A DNA stretch of 64,000 nt from Deltaproteobacteria bacterium (GCA_019309485.1 JAFDGC010000003.1:6851-70850); one strand, 5' to 3'. Counted from the stretch's first letter, positions 20,922-32,145 are shown. A program made the numbers and translations. The notes: generated by a model not told the origin, from the sequence alone.

Positions 20922-23017
20922 GATTTCGGCCTGTTCAATTCCGCAAGGGCTTCTTTCAGGCTCAGGCGGATCTTTCCTTCCGGCGAGACGTCGAGGACCT
21001 TCACTTTGATTTTATCCCCTTCATTGACAACATCGGTCACCTTTTTGACCCGACGATCCGCCAGTTGGGAAATATGGACCAGCCCGTCCGTTCCGGGAAG
21101 GATTTCCACGAAGGCCCCGAAATCCGTCACCTTCACCACCGTCCCGTCGTAGATGGTTCCGACTTCGGGCTCCGCCGCAATTTCCTTGATTCGGCGCATC
21201 GCCTCTTCCCCGTCCTTCAGGGAAAAGGCGAAGACCTTCACGACGCCTGAGTCCTCCACTTCGATGCGGGTGTTGGTTTCTGTTTGGAGCGCCCGGATGA
21301 TCTTCCCTCCCGGGCCGATGATCTCCCGGATTTTATCCGGGTTGATCTTGGTGGAGATCATCTTGGGGGCATAGGGAGACGTTTCTTTCCGTGGTTCCTT
21401 GAGTGCTTCCAGCATTTTATCGAGGATGAAGATCCGGCCCACGCGCGCTTGCTCCAGCGCTTTTTTCAGGATGTCTTCCGAAAGGGATTTGATCTTGATG
21501 TCCATCTGGAGCGCCGTGATCCCTTCCCGTGTCCCCGCCACCTTGAAGTCCATGTCGCCCATGTGATCTTCGTCTCCGAGGATGTCGGACAACACGATCA
21601 CTTCTTGGCCTTCCTTCACGAGACCCATGGCAATACCGGAGACCGGCGCCTTGATGGGAACGCCGCCGTCCATGAGGGCGAGACTGGCCGAGCAGACCGT
21701 TCCCATGGAAGACGAACCGTTGGACTCGAAGACTTCCGAAACGATCCGGATCGTATACTCGAAAAGTTCCTTGTTGGGGATCACTTTTTCCAGGGCCCGG
21801 GTGGAAAGCCCGCCGTGACCGATATCCCGTCTCGACGGCCCCATGATGCGCTTGACTTCGCCCACCGAATAGGGAGGGAAATTATAATGGAGCATGAACG
21901 GCCGGAACTCCTCCCCGATCAATGTCTCCACCCGCTGTTCGTCCGGACCGGAGCCCAGTGTCAGAACGCCGAGCACCTGGGTTTCCCCCCGGGTGAACAA
22001 GGCGCTCCCGTGGGGCCTCGGAAGGACTCCCACCTCGCAGGAAATGGGCCGGATCTCGTCGAATCGGCGGCCGTCGATGCGGCGCCCTTCCCGGAGCATC
22101 AGGTCCCGGCAGATGCGCCGCTTCAGATCATTGAACACATCGTCGATTTCCGACTTTCGCTCCGCATATTCGGGGCCGAGATCTTCCAGGATGCGACCCT
22201 TCAAAGACCGCAAAGTTTTACTTCGCGTGGTTTTGCCGGGAATCATAAGCGCTTCCTGGATCCCGTCGGATGCCATCTCCTCGATTTGTTTCAAAAGCCC
22301 TTCGTCCACCGGTGGCGGCGCAAAGGGTCGTTTGGAACGACCGGCCGCTTCTTTGAGCTTTTCCTGGATCTCGATGAGGGGCTGCAGTTCCCTGTGCCCG
22401 AAGAAAATCGCCTCGAGCATATCCGCCTCACTCACGATGTTGGATCCTCCTTCCACCATGACCACGCCGTTTTTCGACCCCGCCACGATGATGTTGATAT
22501 CGCATTGGTCATACTCGGAAAGGGTGGGATTGATCATCAGTTCCCCGTCGATACGACCGATACGGATGCTGGCGATGGGCCCGTCAAAGGGGATGTCTGA
22601 AATCTCGAGGGCGGCCGAGGCCCCGATCATGGCCAGCGTATCCGGATCGTTTTCCTGATCCATGGACAAGACGGTGGCGATCACTTGAGTTTCAAAGTTG
22701 TATTTCTTGGGAAAAAGGGGGCGGATGGGACGATCGATCAATCGGGCGGTGAGCGTCTCCTTTTCGCTGGGGCGTCCGATTTCCCGCCGAAAATAATTTC
22801 CGGGAATCCTTCCGGCCGCATAGATCTTCTCCTGGTATTCCACCGAAAGGGGGAGGAAATCGGCACCAATCCGCTGCTCGTCGGAGGATACCACGGTGAC
22901 CAGGACCATTGTTTCGCCATACTGGACCATCACCGCGCCCGATGCTTGTTTGGCGACTTTTCCCGTCTGGAGGCTCAAGGTGCGGCCGCCGATTTCTGCT
23001 TTAAATAACAATTCCAT
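20918..23017 (-). CDS. pnp: polyribonucleotide nucleotidyltransferase (PNPase)
   Basis: Two RNase PH domains, a KH domain and a C-terminal S1 domain ([34 protein letters not shown]). The ATG at 23017 lies 6 nt after GGAG and is preferred over the TTG at 23029. Confidence 0.96.
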   Translation of the reverse strand: MELLFKAEIGGRTLSLQTGKVAKQASGAVMVQYGETMVLVTVVSSDEQRIGADFLPLSVEYQEKIYAAGRIPGNYFRREIGRPSEKETLTARLIDRPIRPLFPKKYNFETQVIATVLSMDQENDPDTLAMIGASAALEISDIPFDGPIASIRIGRIDGELMINPTLSEYDQCDINIIVAGSKNGVVMVEGGSNIVSEADMLEAIFFGHRELQPLIEIQEKLKEAAGRSKRPFAPPPVDEGLLKQIEEMASDGIQEALMIPGKTTRSKTLRSLKGRILEDLGPEYAERKSEIDDVFNDLKRRICRDLMLREGRRIDGRRFDEIRPISCEVGVLPRPHGSALFTRGETQVLGVLTLGSGPDEQRVETLIGEEFRPFMLHYNFPPYSVGEVKRIMGPSRRDIGHGGLSTRALEKVIPNKELFEYTIRIVSEVFESNGSSSMGTVCSASLALMDGGVPIKAPVSGIAMGLVKEGQEVIVLSDILGDEDHMGDMDFKVAGTREGITALQMDIKIKSLSEDILKKALEQARVGRIFILDKMLEALKEPRKETSPYAPKMISTKINPDKIREIIGPGGKIIRALQTETNTRIEVEDSGVVKVFAFSLKDGEEAMRRIKEIAAEPEVGTIYDGTVVKVTDFGAFVEILPGTDGLVHISQLADRRVKKVTDVVNEGDKIKVKVLDVSPEGKIRLSLKEALAELNRPKS

Positions 23018-23041
23018 TCCAGTCTCCAACTGATGGGTTAG

Positions 23042-23063
23042 GGCAGGAGCCTGCGGGCCTGCC
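23042..23063 (-). promoter_or_regulatory. GC-rich hairpin in the rpsO-pnp spacer (candidate attenuator / RNase III processing stem)
   Basis: GGCAGG (23042-23047) pairs with CCTGCC (23058-23063), plus inner C-G pairs. It lies in the 79-nt spacer between the rpsO stop and the pnp start. Confidence 0.4.
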
Positions 23064-23096
23064 GGTATTTGAATCGGATGTCTTTTCGAACAAGGA

Positions 23097-23366
23097 TCAG
23101 CGTCTCAACCCGAGGGTTTCGATGATTTTCCTGTACCGTTGGACATCCCGGTTTTTTACATAATCCAATAGTCTCCGTCGCCTTCCCACAAGCATCAGCA
23201 GGCCTCTCCGGGAATGGTGATCTTTTTTATGGGTCTTGAGATGCTCCGTGAGATAGTTGATGCGATGGGTCAAAAGGCCCACCTGGACTTCCGGAGATCC
23301 GGTATCCGAGTCATGAAGCTTGTACTGGTTGATCAGTTCTTTTTTTTCAATTGCCGTGAATGCCAA
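23097..23366 (-). CDS. rpsO: 30S ribosomal protein S15
   Basis: 89 aa with [34 protein letters not shown]. The start is a TTG 6 nt after GGAGG. Confidence 0.95.
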   Translation of the reverse strand: MAFTAIEKKELINQYKLHDSDTGSPEVQVGLLTHRINYLTEHLKTHKKDHHSRRGLLMLVGRRRRLLDYVKNRDVQRYRKIIETLGLRR

Positions 23367-23462
23367 TTTCTTCCTCCATGAATGAATTCAATTGATGGCT
23401 TCGTCAAAATGAGAATTTCAAGTACATATCATAAAAATCGCAGTCTGTTTACCGATAATCGC

Positions 23463-24386
23463 CTAGTCCCCGAAGACGCCGAAATATCCATAGTGCCCTG
23501 TTTCGGTCCTATGCAACAGCGCGATCAGCGATCCCCTTTCATCGATCAGTTTGATAAAAGATGCCTTGTCCTTGTGCGAAACCCCTTCCGGTGCGTCCAA
23601 GAGGTCGGTGTCGGAAATGGACCGGCCGTGCCGGACTTTCTCGGCAACGGCATCGCCCACTCTGTGTTCGGGCCATCCCAGCAACGCCGCCGTCATGGGG
23701 ATGATGCGTTTTTTAAGGACGGCGGGGTCGTCCACACGATCGAAAGGAACGGCGTCTTTCACTCGGTAGTCTCCGCTTTGAATCCGCCGAAGCCGTGAAA
23801 GATGCCCCCCGCACCCCAAGGCCTCTCCCACATCCACCGCCAAACTTCGGATGTAGGTTCCTGCGGAACAGGTGACTTCAAAAGAGACCTCGGGGAGGTC
23901 GACGGAATGCACCGTCAACCGATGAATGGTCACCGTCCGGGGAGGCTTTTGAATCGCCCTTCCCTGCCTTGCCCAGCGATACAACGGAACCCCCCGGTGC
24001 TTCAAAGCGCTGTAGACAGGGGGCACCTGACGGATCTTCCCCGTGAACCGTTCGAACACCGCCCGGATCCCTTCTTCGGCGGGGATCTTTCCTGAGGATT
24101 CCGCGATGGGATTGCCGGTGACATCCCCGGTATCGGTGGTGACGCCCAAGTGCAGCGTTGCCCGGTAGGTTTTATCCGACTCGAGAAAAAAACGGGCCAA
24201 CCGGGTCGCCCGGCCGATCAGACATATCAGCAATCCGGTGGCAAAGGGATCCAGTGTCCCGGCATGCCCCACCTTCGGCGCGTGCAGAACCCGCTTGATC
24301 CGGCTTACGACCTTGGCCGACGTGATCCCTTCGGGCTTGTCGATAAGGAGTATCCCCGAGCGGTTATCCGCGCGTTCTCGACTCAC
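23463..24386 (-). CDS. truB: tRNA pseudouridine(55) synthase
   Basis: GILLIDKPEGITS and the catalytic VGHAGTLDPFATG. Confidence 0.93.
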   Translation of the reverse strand: MSRERADNRSGILLIDKPEGITSAKVVSRIKRVLHAPKVGHAGTLDPFATGLLICLIGRATRLARFFLESDKTYRATLHLGVTTDTGDVTGNPIAESSGKIPAEEGIRAVFERFTGKIRQVPPVYSALKHRGVPLYRWARQGRAIQKPPRTVTIHRLTVHSVDLPEVSFEVTCSAGTYIRSLAVDVGEALGCGGHLSRLRRIQSGDYRVKDAVPFDRVDDPAVLKKRIIPMTAALLGWPEHRVGDAVAEKVRHGRSISDTDLLDAPEGVSHKDKASFIKLIDERGSLIALLHRTETGHYGYFGVFGD

Positions 24387-25354
24387 ATCTCCTCCGCAAG
24401 CCCCAGGATTTGGGTTTTGATCTCGGGAAGGGTCGATTCAATGCTGAAGCCCGCGGCGCTCGAATGACCCCCTCCGCCGAAGGCGGCAGCGATGGCGGCC
24501 ACGTCCACGGATCCGTCCGATCGCAGGCTCACATGATACGGGAGCCGCCCCGCCGTTTGACCGGTGCCGTGGTTCAACTCTTCGATGAAAACCGCCACCT
24601 TGATGTCTTTGATCCCCTTGGCATAATTAATCAATCCGTCCGTATCCTCCGGGCGGGCACCGGTATCCTGCATCATCTGTTGGGTCACCACCATCATCGA
24701 AAGCTTTCCATTTTGAGACACCTCGATGGAATCCAAGGCCAGATTCAACAGCTTGATCCGTCCCAAAGAGTAGGTGCCGTAAACCTGCTGGGCGATCCGG
24801 TAGGGATCCACTCCCCGGGCGACCATCTTTTCACAGATTTCAAAGGCGCTCCGGTTCGTGTTGGAAAAGCGGAAAGAGCCGGTATCCGTCAGAATTCCCG
24901 TATAGATCGCATTGGCGATGTCCAGGCTCAAGGGGGCCCCCAGCCCCGGAAGGAGGCGATAGAGGATTTCCGCCGTGGCGCAGGCGTCCGGGTCGATGAG
25001 GTGAACATTCCCGAAGCGCGTGTTGGTGACATGATGGTCGATGTTGATCACCACCGGGATCTTTTCGACGATCGGCACCGCCTCTCCCACCCGGTGCAGG
25101 TCTCCGCAGTCGAGGATCACCGCCGTGTCAAAGGCGCATCCTGCACGGACGCGATTGACGACACGATCCACACCGGAAAGAAACCGGTAGACCGCGGGAA
25201 TGGGACTTTCATTGAACAGCACGATATCTTTTCCCATGGCGGCCAGGGAAAGTCCCATGGCCACCAGAGATCCGATGGCGTCTCCGTCCGGGTTCGTATG
25301 GGAAGCAATAAAGGCCCGTTTACTCTTCTTCAGCTTGTGGATGATCTGCTCCAT
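24383..25354 (-). CDS. nrnA: DHH/DHHA1 phosphoesterase, NrnA-like oligoribonuclease/pAp phosphatase
   Basis: SHTNPDGDAIGS, NIDHHVTN and GGGGHSSAAG, in the usual rbfA-truB operon position. Confidence 0.78.
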   Translation of the reverse strand: MEQIIHKLKKSKRAFIASHTNPDGDAIGSLVAMGLSLAAMGKDIVLFNESPIPAVYRFLSGVDRVVNRVRAGCAFDTAVILDCGDLHRVGEAVPIVEKIPVVINIDHHVTNTRFGNVHLIDPDACATAEILYRLLPGLGAPLSLDIANAIYTGILTDTGSFRFSNTNRSAFEICEKMVARGVDPYRIAQQVYGTYSLGRIKLLNLALDSIEVSQNGKLSMMVVTQQMMQDTGARPEDTDGLINYAKGIKDIKVAVFIEELNHGTGQTAGRLPYHVSLRSDGSVDVAAIAAAFGGGGHSSAAGFSIESTLPEIKTQILGLAEEM

Positions 25355-25700
25355 TCTCACTCTCAAGCGTTTTCAGGATTCCGTCAATTCTGGATGCATA
25401 ATCGTAGGATTCGTCGTAAAAAAATTCCAAATGGGGCATATACCGCAACGCGATCTGCGCGGACAGGGCCCGCTTGACATAACCCGAAGCATCCGCAAAG
25501 CCGGCGGCGATGGAGGCTCTCCTGTCCGGTCCGGAAATGGAAGCGAAATAGATCCGGGCAAATTTCAAATCCGCAGACAGGCGCACCCGGGTAATGGTCA
25601 CCATATCCAGGCGCGGGTCCTGGATCTCTTTTTGGAGAATCTGAGAAAGCACCCTTTGCATCAGGGCCGCGACGCGATCGGCTCTCTTAAAGGGTTTCAT
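25320..25700 (-). CDS. rbfA: ribosome-binding factor A
   Basis: 126 aa with RADRVAALMQRVLSQILQKEIQDPRL...VTITRVRLSADLKFARIYF. Confidence 0.9.
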   Translation of the reverse strand: MKPFKRADRVAALMQRVLSQILQKEIQDPRLDMVTITRVRLSADLKFARIYFASISGPDRRASIAAGFADASGYVKRALSAQIALRYMPHLEFFYDESYDYASRIDGILKTLESENGADHPQAEEE

Positions 25701-25984
25701 AGGGAAAACATCTCCATCTCCGTATCGATGATCTCGGCAAGCCCCAGGGCTTCGGCCATATTGAAGAGTTTGTCGATTTTCGCATTGATGACCTGCCGGT
25801 CGTTTCCCACCACGGCGAAACCGATTTCCGCCCGTTGGTAAAGATCAAGCCCCCCCACTTCGGCCACGGACGTGTTGAAATGGTTCCGCAACTGCATGAT
25901 GATGGATTTCACGACTCTTCGTTTTTCCTTTAAAGAGCGACAATCGTGAATCCGGAATGTAATGATCCCATATCCGACGACCAT
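25697..25984 (-). CDS. DUF503 (YlxP-like) protein
   Basis: 95 aa beginning MVVGYGIITFRIHDCRSLKEKR, in the canonical position between infB and rbfA. Confidence 0.8.
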   Translation of the reverse strand: MVVGYGIITFRIHDCRSLKEKRRVVKSIIMQLRNHFNTSVAEVGGLDLYQRAEIGFAVVGNDRQVINAKIDKLFNMAEALGLAEIIDTEMEMFSL

Positions 25985-26016
25985 GGTCTGTTAGAAAGGG
26001 CGTGCCCTGCATCCCG

Positions 26017-28710
26017 TCAATGAATTTCGGGTCGGATCTCCTCGAGGTAGTAACACTCGATGATATCCCCGACTTTGATGTCGTTGTAATTCTCCACCTG
26101 GACCCCGCACTCGTAACCGCTTTGAACTTCTTTCACGTCGTCCTTGAAACGTTTCAATGAGCCGATTTTTCCGGTATGGTAGACAACGCCGTCCCGGACC
26201 AATCGCAGCGGCCGGCCGCGCTCCAGCTTTCCATCCGTCACATAACTTCCGGCGATGGTCCCCACTCTCGGAATATGAAAAATCTCCCGCACTTCCGCCC
26301 GACCCAACGCCCGTTCTTCAAAGGTGGAGGCCATCATGCCGACAATGGCGTCTTTCGTGTCCTGGAGCACGTTGTAGATTACGTCATAATATCGAATGTC
26401 CACGTTCTCTTCCGCGGCCAGCTCGGCGGCTTTGGGCGTGGCCCGGACATTGAATCCGATAATCACCGCATTGGAGACGGCGGCCAGGGAAACGTCTGAT
26501 TCCACGATGGACCCCGTGCCCGAATGGACCACGTTGATGCTGACCTCCTCGTTGGAAAGCTTCACGAGGGAGTCGCTGAGTGCTTCGATGGATCCATGGA
26601 CGTCGGCCTTGATGATCAGGTTGAGATCCTTGACCTCTCCGGTCTTGAGCTGTTCGTAAAGCTTGTCGAGACTCAAACGGCTCGTCTTGGCCAACTCTTT
26701 GGACCGTTGTTTCTGGCTGCGGTAGAGGCTGAGCTGCTTGGCGCTCTTCTCCTGTTCCAGGACCAGGAATTCGTCCCCCGCCATAGGCACTCCGGAAAGG
26801 CCCAGGATCTCCACGGGCATGGAAGGTCCGGCTTCCGTGATCGGATTCCCCAGATCATTGAGCATGGCGCGGATCTTTCCGTGGTGAATCCCGCACACAA
26901 CGGATTCGCCGGTCCGAAGCGTGCCCTCCTGGACCAGGAGGGTGGCCACCGGTCCTCTTCCGATATCCAGCTTCGCCTCGATGATATGCCCCCGGGCCAG
27001 TTTGTCCGGGTTCGCTTTCAGCTCCAGGAGTTCTGCCTGAAGGAGGATCATTTCCATCAGATCGTCGATCCCCTGGCCGAATTTGGCGGAAACCTCCATG
27101 AATACGGTGTCACCCCCCCAATCCTCCGGTGCCAGGCCGAGTTCGGCCAGTTGCCTTTTAATACGATCCGGATCGGCATTGGGTTTATCGATCTTGTTGA
27201 CGGCAACAATGAGGGGGACCCCAGCAGCCCGGGAATGATTGATGGCCTCCACCGTCTGGGGCATAACGCCGTCGTCGGCGGCCACCACCAGTATGACGAG
27301 ATCGGTGATCTTGGCCCCCCGGGCGCGCATGGCCGTAAAGGCTTCGTGACCAGGTGTATCGAGGAATACGATCTGGCCCTTGTCCGTAGATACATTATAG
27401 GCGCCGATGTGTTGAGTGATGCCCCCTGCCTCACCTTCGGTGACCCGGGTCTTTCGAATGGTATCCAAGAGGGATGTCTTCCCGTGGTCCACGTGCCCCA
27501 TGATGGTCACCACCGGCGGCCGGACCACGAGCTTGCCGGGGTCGTCTTCTTCCAGCCCGATGATGGATTCTTCTTCAAAGGCCGCCTTTTCCACCTCATA
27601 GTTGAATTCCGAGGCCACCAGGGCGGCGGTTTCAAAATCCACCGTCTGGTTCACGGTGGCCATCACCCCTAAAGACATGAGCTTTTTGATGAGATCCGCG
27701 GCCTTGATCCCCATCCGCTTGGCTAAATCCGACAAAATAATGGTTTCATCGATTTTCAGCCGCCGCTTAATGGCCCGCGGCACTGTAATTTGAGGCTTTT
27801 GCATGGAAATGGAGGCTTTCCCCCGTGCCGATTTTTTTCCTTTCCGAGACAAGGGGCGCTCCGCGTAAAGGTCCGCTCCCTCCACCACTTCCTTTTTTCT
27901 AAAAGAGATTTTCTTTTTAAAAAATTTTTTATCCTTCAGATCTTCTTCGGACTCCCGCTTTCCCTTTTTTTTCTTTTTTTCTTTTTCCGCGTCTTCTTTT
28001 TCGTCTGCTTCGGAATCCGTTCGCTTTTTCTGGAATTCCAAGACGTTCGACACCACACCTTCCGGTTTTGGACTCTCCGCTACCGGTTCGGTGGGCGTTT
28101 CAGGGGCGGCGGGGGCTTTGGCTTTGGGCGTCTCCGGAAGCCGGATGATTTTGGCCGGAGTTTCCTTTTTCTTCTTTGCCTTTTTGGGTTTTTCGACGCC
28201 TTCTTCGGTCCCTAAGGGCTTCTTTTCTTCCGGTAAAGACACATCACGGGCGCCTTCGGTTTCTTTAGGTTGTGTCTCCTCGCCCGGAAGGGGTTTCTCC
28301 GGTGATGCAACCTCCAACGGGACTTCTCCGGTTTCGGTGCCGGGTGGCGTCGAGTCGGGTTCCGGGAGCGTTTTTTCAACGGGGCCCTCGGCTTCGCCTG
28401 CGGGTTTCACGGTTTGGGCCTCCGGTGGTGCCGTCGCTTCCGCGGCATGAGGGGCGGAAGTTTCTTCCACCGTCGGTTCTACGGGAACCCGTCGGATACG
28501 CCGACGGATGACGGTGGGCTTCACCCGCGTCATTTCGACCGCTTCCGCCTTTTGTCCTAAAAGGGCCGATTTGATCCGGGAAACCTGCTCTTCATCCAGC
28601 GTACTCACATGACTGCTCACGGCCATGCCGAGTTCCGCGAGTTTTTCGAGGAACACCTTGTTGGTCATGTTCAGTTCTCTGGCAAGTTCATAAACCCTGA
28701 TTTTTGCCAT
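26017..28710 (-). CDS. infB: translation initiation factor IF-2
   Basis: The N-terminus [14 protein letters not shown] begins at the ATG at 28710. A K/E/P-rich linker is followed by the GTPase domain [26 protein letters not shown]. Confidence 0.96.
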   Translation of the reverse strand: MAKIRVYELARELNMTNKVFLEKLAELGMAVSSHVSTLDEEQVSRIKSALLGQKAEAVEMTRVKPTVIRRRIRRVPVEPTVEETSAPHAAEATAPPEAQTVKPAGEAEGPVEKTLPEPDSTPPGTETGEVPLEVASPEKPLPGEETQPKETEGARDVSLPEEKKPLGTEEGVEKPKKAKKKKETPAKIIRLPETPKAKAPAAPETPTEPVAESPKPEGVVSNVLEFQKKRTDSEADEKEDAEKEKKKKKGKRESEEDLKDKKFFKKKISFRKKEVVEGADLYAERPLSRKGKKSARGKASISMQKPQITVPRAIKRRLKIDETIILSDLAKRMGIKAADLIKKLMSLGVMATVNQTVDFETAALVASEFNYEVEKAAFEEESIIGLEEDDPGKLVVRPPVVTIMGHVDHGKTSLLDTIRKTRVTEGEAGGITQHIGAYNVSTDKGQIVFLDTPGHEAFTAMRARGAKITDLVILVVAADDGVMPQTVEAINHSRAAGVPLIVAVNKIDKPNADPDRIKRQLAELGLAPEDWGGDTVFMEVSAKFGQGIDDLMEMILLQAELLELKANPDKLARGHIIEAKLDIGRGPVATLLVQEGTLRTGESVVCGIHHGKIRAMLNDLGNPITEAGPSMPVEILGLSGVPMAGDEFLVLEQEKSAKQLSLYRSQKQRSKELAKTSRLSLDKLYEQLKTGEVKDLNLIIKADVHGSIEALSDSLVKLSNEEVSINVVHSGTGSIVESDVSLAAVSNAVIIGFNVRATPKAAELAAEENVDIRYYDVIYNVLQDTKDAIVGMMASTFEERALGRAEVREIFHIPRVGTIAGSYVTDGKLERGRPLRLVRDGVVYHTGKIGSLKRFKDDVKEVQSGYECGVQVENYNDIKVGDIIECYYLEEIRPEIH

Positions 28711-28788
28711 CCATCCCCCATCCCATCGGTTCGCAACGCCTCGTACCGGGACCCTTCCCGTTGACGGCGGCGCCATGGTGTTGATGCT

Positions 28789-30183
28789 TCATTCGGTCTC
28801 TTCCAGGCGCTTCTCTGAGTCGCCTGCTTCCGCAGAATCCCCCATAATGTCGGAAGCCGTCTGTTCAACGGACGGCGGTACCGCCTCTTCCAGATCGGCT
28901 TCGGAATCATCCGGCGCGGTTTCTTCGGTTTCTTGAGCCATCTGGGCTTGGGCGGCCGCCTCACGGGCAATCGCGATCAACGTCGCCGCTTTTTCTTCAT
29001 CCATATCCCGTATGGTGGTCAAATCTTCCACGGATGCCTTGCTGAGTTCCTCCACGGAAAAAAAACCTCTTTCATAAAGGGCATCCGCGAGTGCCGCCCC
29101 CATGTCCGGCAACGCGAGAAGGGAATTATACCCTTCCTTCATCGCCTGACTATATCGCGCTTCACTGATCACATCAAGATGCCAGCCGGTCAGCTTGGAG
29201 GCCAAACGCACATTTTGTCCACGCTTGCCGATGGCCACGGAAAGAAATTCGTCCGGGACGATGACTTCCATGAGGCGGTTCTCCTCATCGATGATCACCC
29301 GGGAGATCTCCGCCGGGGCCAGGGCGTTGCAGACGAATTTGGCCACATCCACGTGCCACGGGATGATGTCGATCTTCTCTCCCCTCAACTCCTGCACTAC
29401 ATTCTGCACCCGGCTCCCCTTCATCCCCACACAGGCGCCCACCGGATCAATGTCCGAATCGGTGGACGTGACTGCAATCTTCGCCCGGCTCCCGGGTTCC
29501 CGGGCAGCCCCCAAAATCTTTACAATCCCCTCGCTGATCTCCGGAACTTCCGTTTTAAACAACGCGATGAGGAACTGTTCATCGGCCCGGGAAAGGATGA
29601 TTTGCGGTCCCCGGGATTCATAAAGGACATCCTTGATGTAGGCCCGGACCCGATCCCCCCTCCGGTATGTTTCTTTGGGAATCTGATCTTTGGCCATAAG
29701 GATTCCCTCGGTCTGTCCCAGATTCACGATAATATCGTTTCTGTCGATCCGCTGAACAATGCCGTTGATGATCTCTCCCTTGCGATCGATGAATCCGGAG
29801 AAGACGGCATCCCGCTCGGCATCCTTCATCTTCTGGATGATCACCTGCTTGGCGGATTGGGCGGCGATCCGGCCGAAGGTAGTCGTATCCATCTTCGTGC
29901 CGATACTGTCACCGATTTCACATTCCGGATCAAGTTTGCGCGCGGACTCGAAATCGATTTCCAGATCCGGCTCCGTGACGGTTTCCGTGACTTCCTTGAA
30001 CTGAAACACCTCGATTTCTCCGGTAGCGTCGTCGTATTGAACCTCAATATCGGCCCTGCTTCCAAGCTTCTTCTTGGCAGCCGATTTCAACGCCTCCTCC
30101 AGGGCGGCAATCAAGATCTTTCGATCGATGCCCTTCTCCCGGCTCACCTGCTCGACGACTCGCTTAATTTCCGATATCAACAT
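28789..30183 (-). CDS. nusA: transcription termination/antitermination factor NusA
   Basis: S1 and KH domains (e.g. [24 protein letters not shown]) and an acidic C-terminal tail; 464 aa. Confidence 0.96.
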   Translation of the reverse strand: MLISEIKRVVEQVSREKGIDRKILIAALEEALKSAAKKKLGSRADIEVQYDDATGEIEVFQFKEVTETVTEPDLEIDFESARKLDPECEIGDSIGTKMDTTTFGRIAAQSAKQVIIQKMKDAERDAVFSGFIDRKGEIINGIVQRIDRNDIIVNLGQTEGILMAKDQIPKETYRRGDRVRAYIKDVLYESRGPQIILSRADEQFLIALFKTEVPEISEGIVKILGAAREPGSRAKIAVTSTDSDIDPVGACVGMKGSRVQNVVQELRGEKIDIIPWHVDVAKFVCNALAPAEISRVIIDEENRLMEVIVPDEFLSVAIGKRGQNVRLASKLTGWHLDVISEARYSQAMKEGYNSLLALPDMGAALADALYERGFFSVEELSKASVEDLTTIRDMDEEKAATLIAIAREAAAQAQMAQETEETAPDDSEADLEEAVPPSVEQTASDIMGDSAEAGDSEKRLEETE

Positions 30184-30716
30184 GTGCGTTCTCCATCCTC
30201 CCTTATGAGATGCGCCTTGGCGATCTCATCAAGGGGGATCCCTACGGTCTTATCTTCGACTTTAAGGATCACCCGGTTTTCAACGACACCCATCAGAATC
30301 CCTTTAAAATTTTTCCGGCCGTCCATTGGACGGGCGGACCGGATGAGGGCCTTATGTCCCTTAAATGCTTCAAAATCTTCACTTTTTCCAAGGGGCCGGT
30401 TGGGTCCGGGAGAGGAAACCTCCAGGGAATAGGCGCCCCGGGTCTCCAAACACACATCCAAAAGATCGGAAAGCTGCCGACTGATGGATGTGCAATCTTC
30501 CAGTGTAACCCCTCCGGGTTTGTCCAGATACACCCGCAGCACCTTTCCGGTTTGTTCCCGCTGATATTCCACGTGAACGACTTCAACGCCCTCGCTTTCA
30601 CAAAGCGGCGTAGCGATCTCTCTGACCTTTTCTGCAATTTCCAGCCGATCCGCGGAAAAAAAAGGATCCGCGGAAACCCTGTCCTTTTTTTTCCCTTTCA
30701 TCCGCTTTCGCGTCAA
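30177..30716 (-). CDS. rimP: ribosome maturation factor RimP
   Basis: LEVSSPGPNRPL motif directly upstream of nusA. The start is a TTG at 30716, 9 nt after AGGAGG; an ATG at 30701 is the alternative. Confidence 0.88.
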   Translation of the reverse strand: MTRKRMKGKKKDRVSADPFFSADRLEIAEKVREIATPLCESEGVEVVHVEYQREQTGKVLRVYLDKPGGVTLEDCTSISRQLSDLLDVCLETRGAYSLEVSSPGPNRPLGKSEDFEAFKGHKALIRSARPMDGRKNFKGILMGVVENRVILKVEDKTVGIPLDEIAKAHLIREDGERTC

Positions 30717-30736
30717 TCTTTACCGCCTCCTAATGG

Positions 30737-30763
30737 AAACAAAAAACGGGCTTTCGCCCGTTT
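30737..30763 (-). terminator. intrinsic terminator/attenuator between tRNA-Gly and rimP
   Basis: The minus strand reads AAACGGGC-GAAA-GCCCGTTT followed by TTTGTTT. Confidence 0.65.
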
Positions 30764-30892
30764 CTTTTCATCCGGGTAGATCTTTTTGTGGAAAACCCTC
30801 AATCGACCATGAACGTCACTCCACAGAAAAGTTCACGTCCGCATCCCATCCATCCAACACGTTCACATTCCGTATGAAAAGACGGACAAACT

Positions 30893-30968
30893 TGGAGCGG
30901 GCAACGAGATTCGAACTCGCGACCCCAAGCTTGGGAAGCTTGTGCTCTACCAGCTGAGCTATGCCCGC
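30893..30968 (-). tRNA. tRNA-Gly (anticodon CCC)
   Basis: Manual cloverleaf on the minus strand: GCGGGCA-TA-GCTC-AGCTGGTA-GAGC-A-CAAGC-TTCCCAA-GCTTG-GGGTC-GCGAG-TTCGAAT-CTCGT-TGCCCGC-TCCA. Confidence 0.92.
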
Positions 30969-30982
30969 TGTCAAGATTGGTT

Positions 30983-31011
30983 ATATTATGGTAGACAAAT
31001 TTTTTTGTCAA
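30983..31011 (-). promoter_or_regulatory. sigma70-type promoter for tRNA-Gly (and possibly rimP-nusA-infB)
   Basis: On the minus strand, TTGACA (31006-31011), a 17-nt spacer, then TAATAT (30983-30988), about 15 nt before the mature tRNA 5' end. Confidence 0.5.
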
Positions 31012-31143
31012 GAATTTTTCCGCGGCCCGGTTTGATGTGATACGGGTTTGTTTCCCAAACCGAGCCTTGACTTTTTCAAAAAGGGGGGATAGAAATTAAT
31101 AAAGAAAAAGAGTCTCTTTGAACGCCGCCAAAGGAGGGTAATA

Positions 31144-32145
31144 ATGAGGTCCGCAATAAAGCTGACAGCAATGATTCTGACGGTATCCTTGGTCCTGGGA
31201 ACCGCACCCCTTTTCGCCGCCACGCAACTCAAAAAACTCGGGGAAAGCCCTTTTTACAAGATCCAGGGAATCAAGCCCGATCAGGTTCCACCGATTGTGA
31301 AAAAGCTGAAACCCGACATCCAAGCCGGATTTATTCAAGCCGGTGCCGTGAATCTTTTCGATCCCTTCATGAAAGCCCTTGAAACCGAAACGCTGGAGGC
31401 GGTCACCGTTTCGCCCGGAGAGACGTTTTTGTGGATGCTGTTCAAGAAGCAAAAGAAGCCCACAGTGCTCAATGACGTGGTTTGGGCGGGAAAAGCGCCG
31501 TTCAATGCTGTTCGGATGATCATGCGACATGAGGGGCGGGACTATGTCTTTGTGTTTCCGAATATCTGTTTTAACATCGCCCTGCAAAAAATCGTCGATG
31601 TCCCTGTGGCGGCCCCGGCACCCGCGCCGGCGCCCGCTCCGGCTCCAACTCCCGCACCCGCACCGGCACCCCCACCGCCTCCAAAAGCCGAGACCGCACC
31701 GGAACCCGCCGCTGTGGCAGAAACCCCAGCGCCCCGAAAAGGGATCTTCCTGGGAGACGTGGGATTCATGAAGCAGTTTGATCCCGCCACGTTTCTCCCC
31801 ATCCGTGTTGGGTATATGCACCGTTTCAACCCGAAAAACGCCGTGGCCGGACTGGTCGGCTTCGCCCCCCTGGCGGAAGGCTGCGAAGACAACCCGCCGA
31901 TCCTTGCGGATGCCTTCTATTTCTTCTATCCGACACCCAAATATTTCCTCGGCGCCGGGGTGGGGTTGTGGGACACCAGTTTCGATACCCGCTTTGACCT
32001 CCTCCTGGAAGCAGGGGTTCTCCTGACGGAAAACCCCACCGGGGTGAACTTCGGGCTATTCATCGAAGGCCGCTCGGCCTTTGATGAATTCGACGAACTG
32101 GAAGAAAAGGGACGGCTGGGGATCGGGCTGCGAATGTTTTTCTAA
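31144..32145 (+). CDS. secreted two-domain protein, probable outer-membrane beta-barrel C-terminal domain
   Basis: Signal peptide MRSAIKLTAMILTVSLVLGTAPLFA, a Pro/Ala linker (nt 31606-31734), and a C-terminal domain with alternating hydrophobic strands ending GIGLRMFF (terminal Phe). Confidence 0.5.
   Translation: MRSAIKLTAMILTVSLVLGTAPLFAATQLKKLGESPFYKIQGIKPDQVPPIVKKLKPDIQAGFIQAGAVNLFDPFMKALETETLEAVTVSPGETFLWMLFKKQKKPTVLNDVVWAGKAPFNAVRMIMRHEGRDYVFVFPNICFNIALQKIVDVPVAAPAPAPAPAPAPTPAPAPAPPPPPKAETAPEPAAVAETPAPRKGIFLGDVGFMKQFDPATFLPIRVGYMHRFNPKNAVAGLVGFAPLAEGCEDNPPILADAFYFFYPTPKYFLGAGVGLWDTSFDTRFDLLLEAGVLLTENPTGVNFGLFIEGRSAFDEFDELEEKGRLGIGLRMFF

Noticed and set aside
27790-28500. Polypyrimidine/polypurine low-complexity DNA (runs of T and C on the plus strand), considered as a non-coding repeat.
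   Set aside because: It encodes the Lys/Glu/Pro-rich N-terminal linker of IF-2 on the minus strand, and such linkers are typical of infB.
26017-28776. N-terminal extensions in the ORF track for infB (to 28776), pheT (to 35180), sat (to 52013), fabD (from 13679), the PHP protein (from 15575), the DctM-like permease (from 58947), rpmI (to 36689), the deaminase (to 38133) and the BCCP (to 56522).
   Set aside because: The extensions overlap upstream genes or are non-homologous to the family N-termini. Internal starts with SD sequences reproduce the canonical N-termini (e.g. [33 protein letters not shown]).
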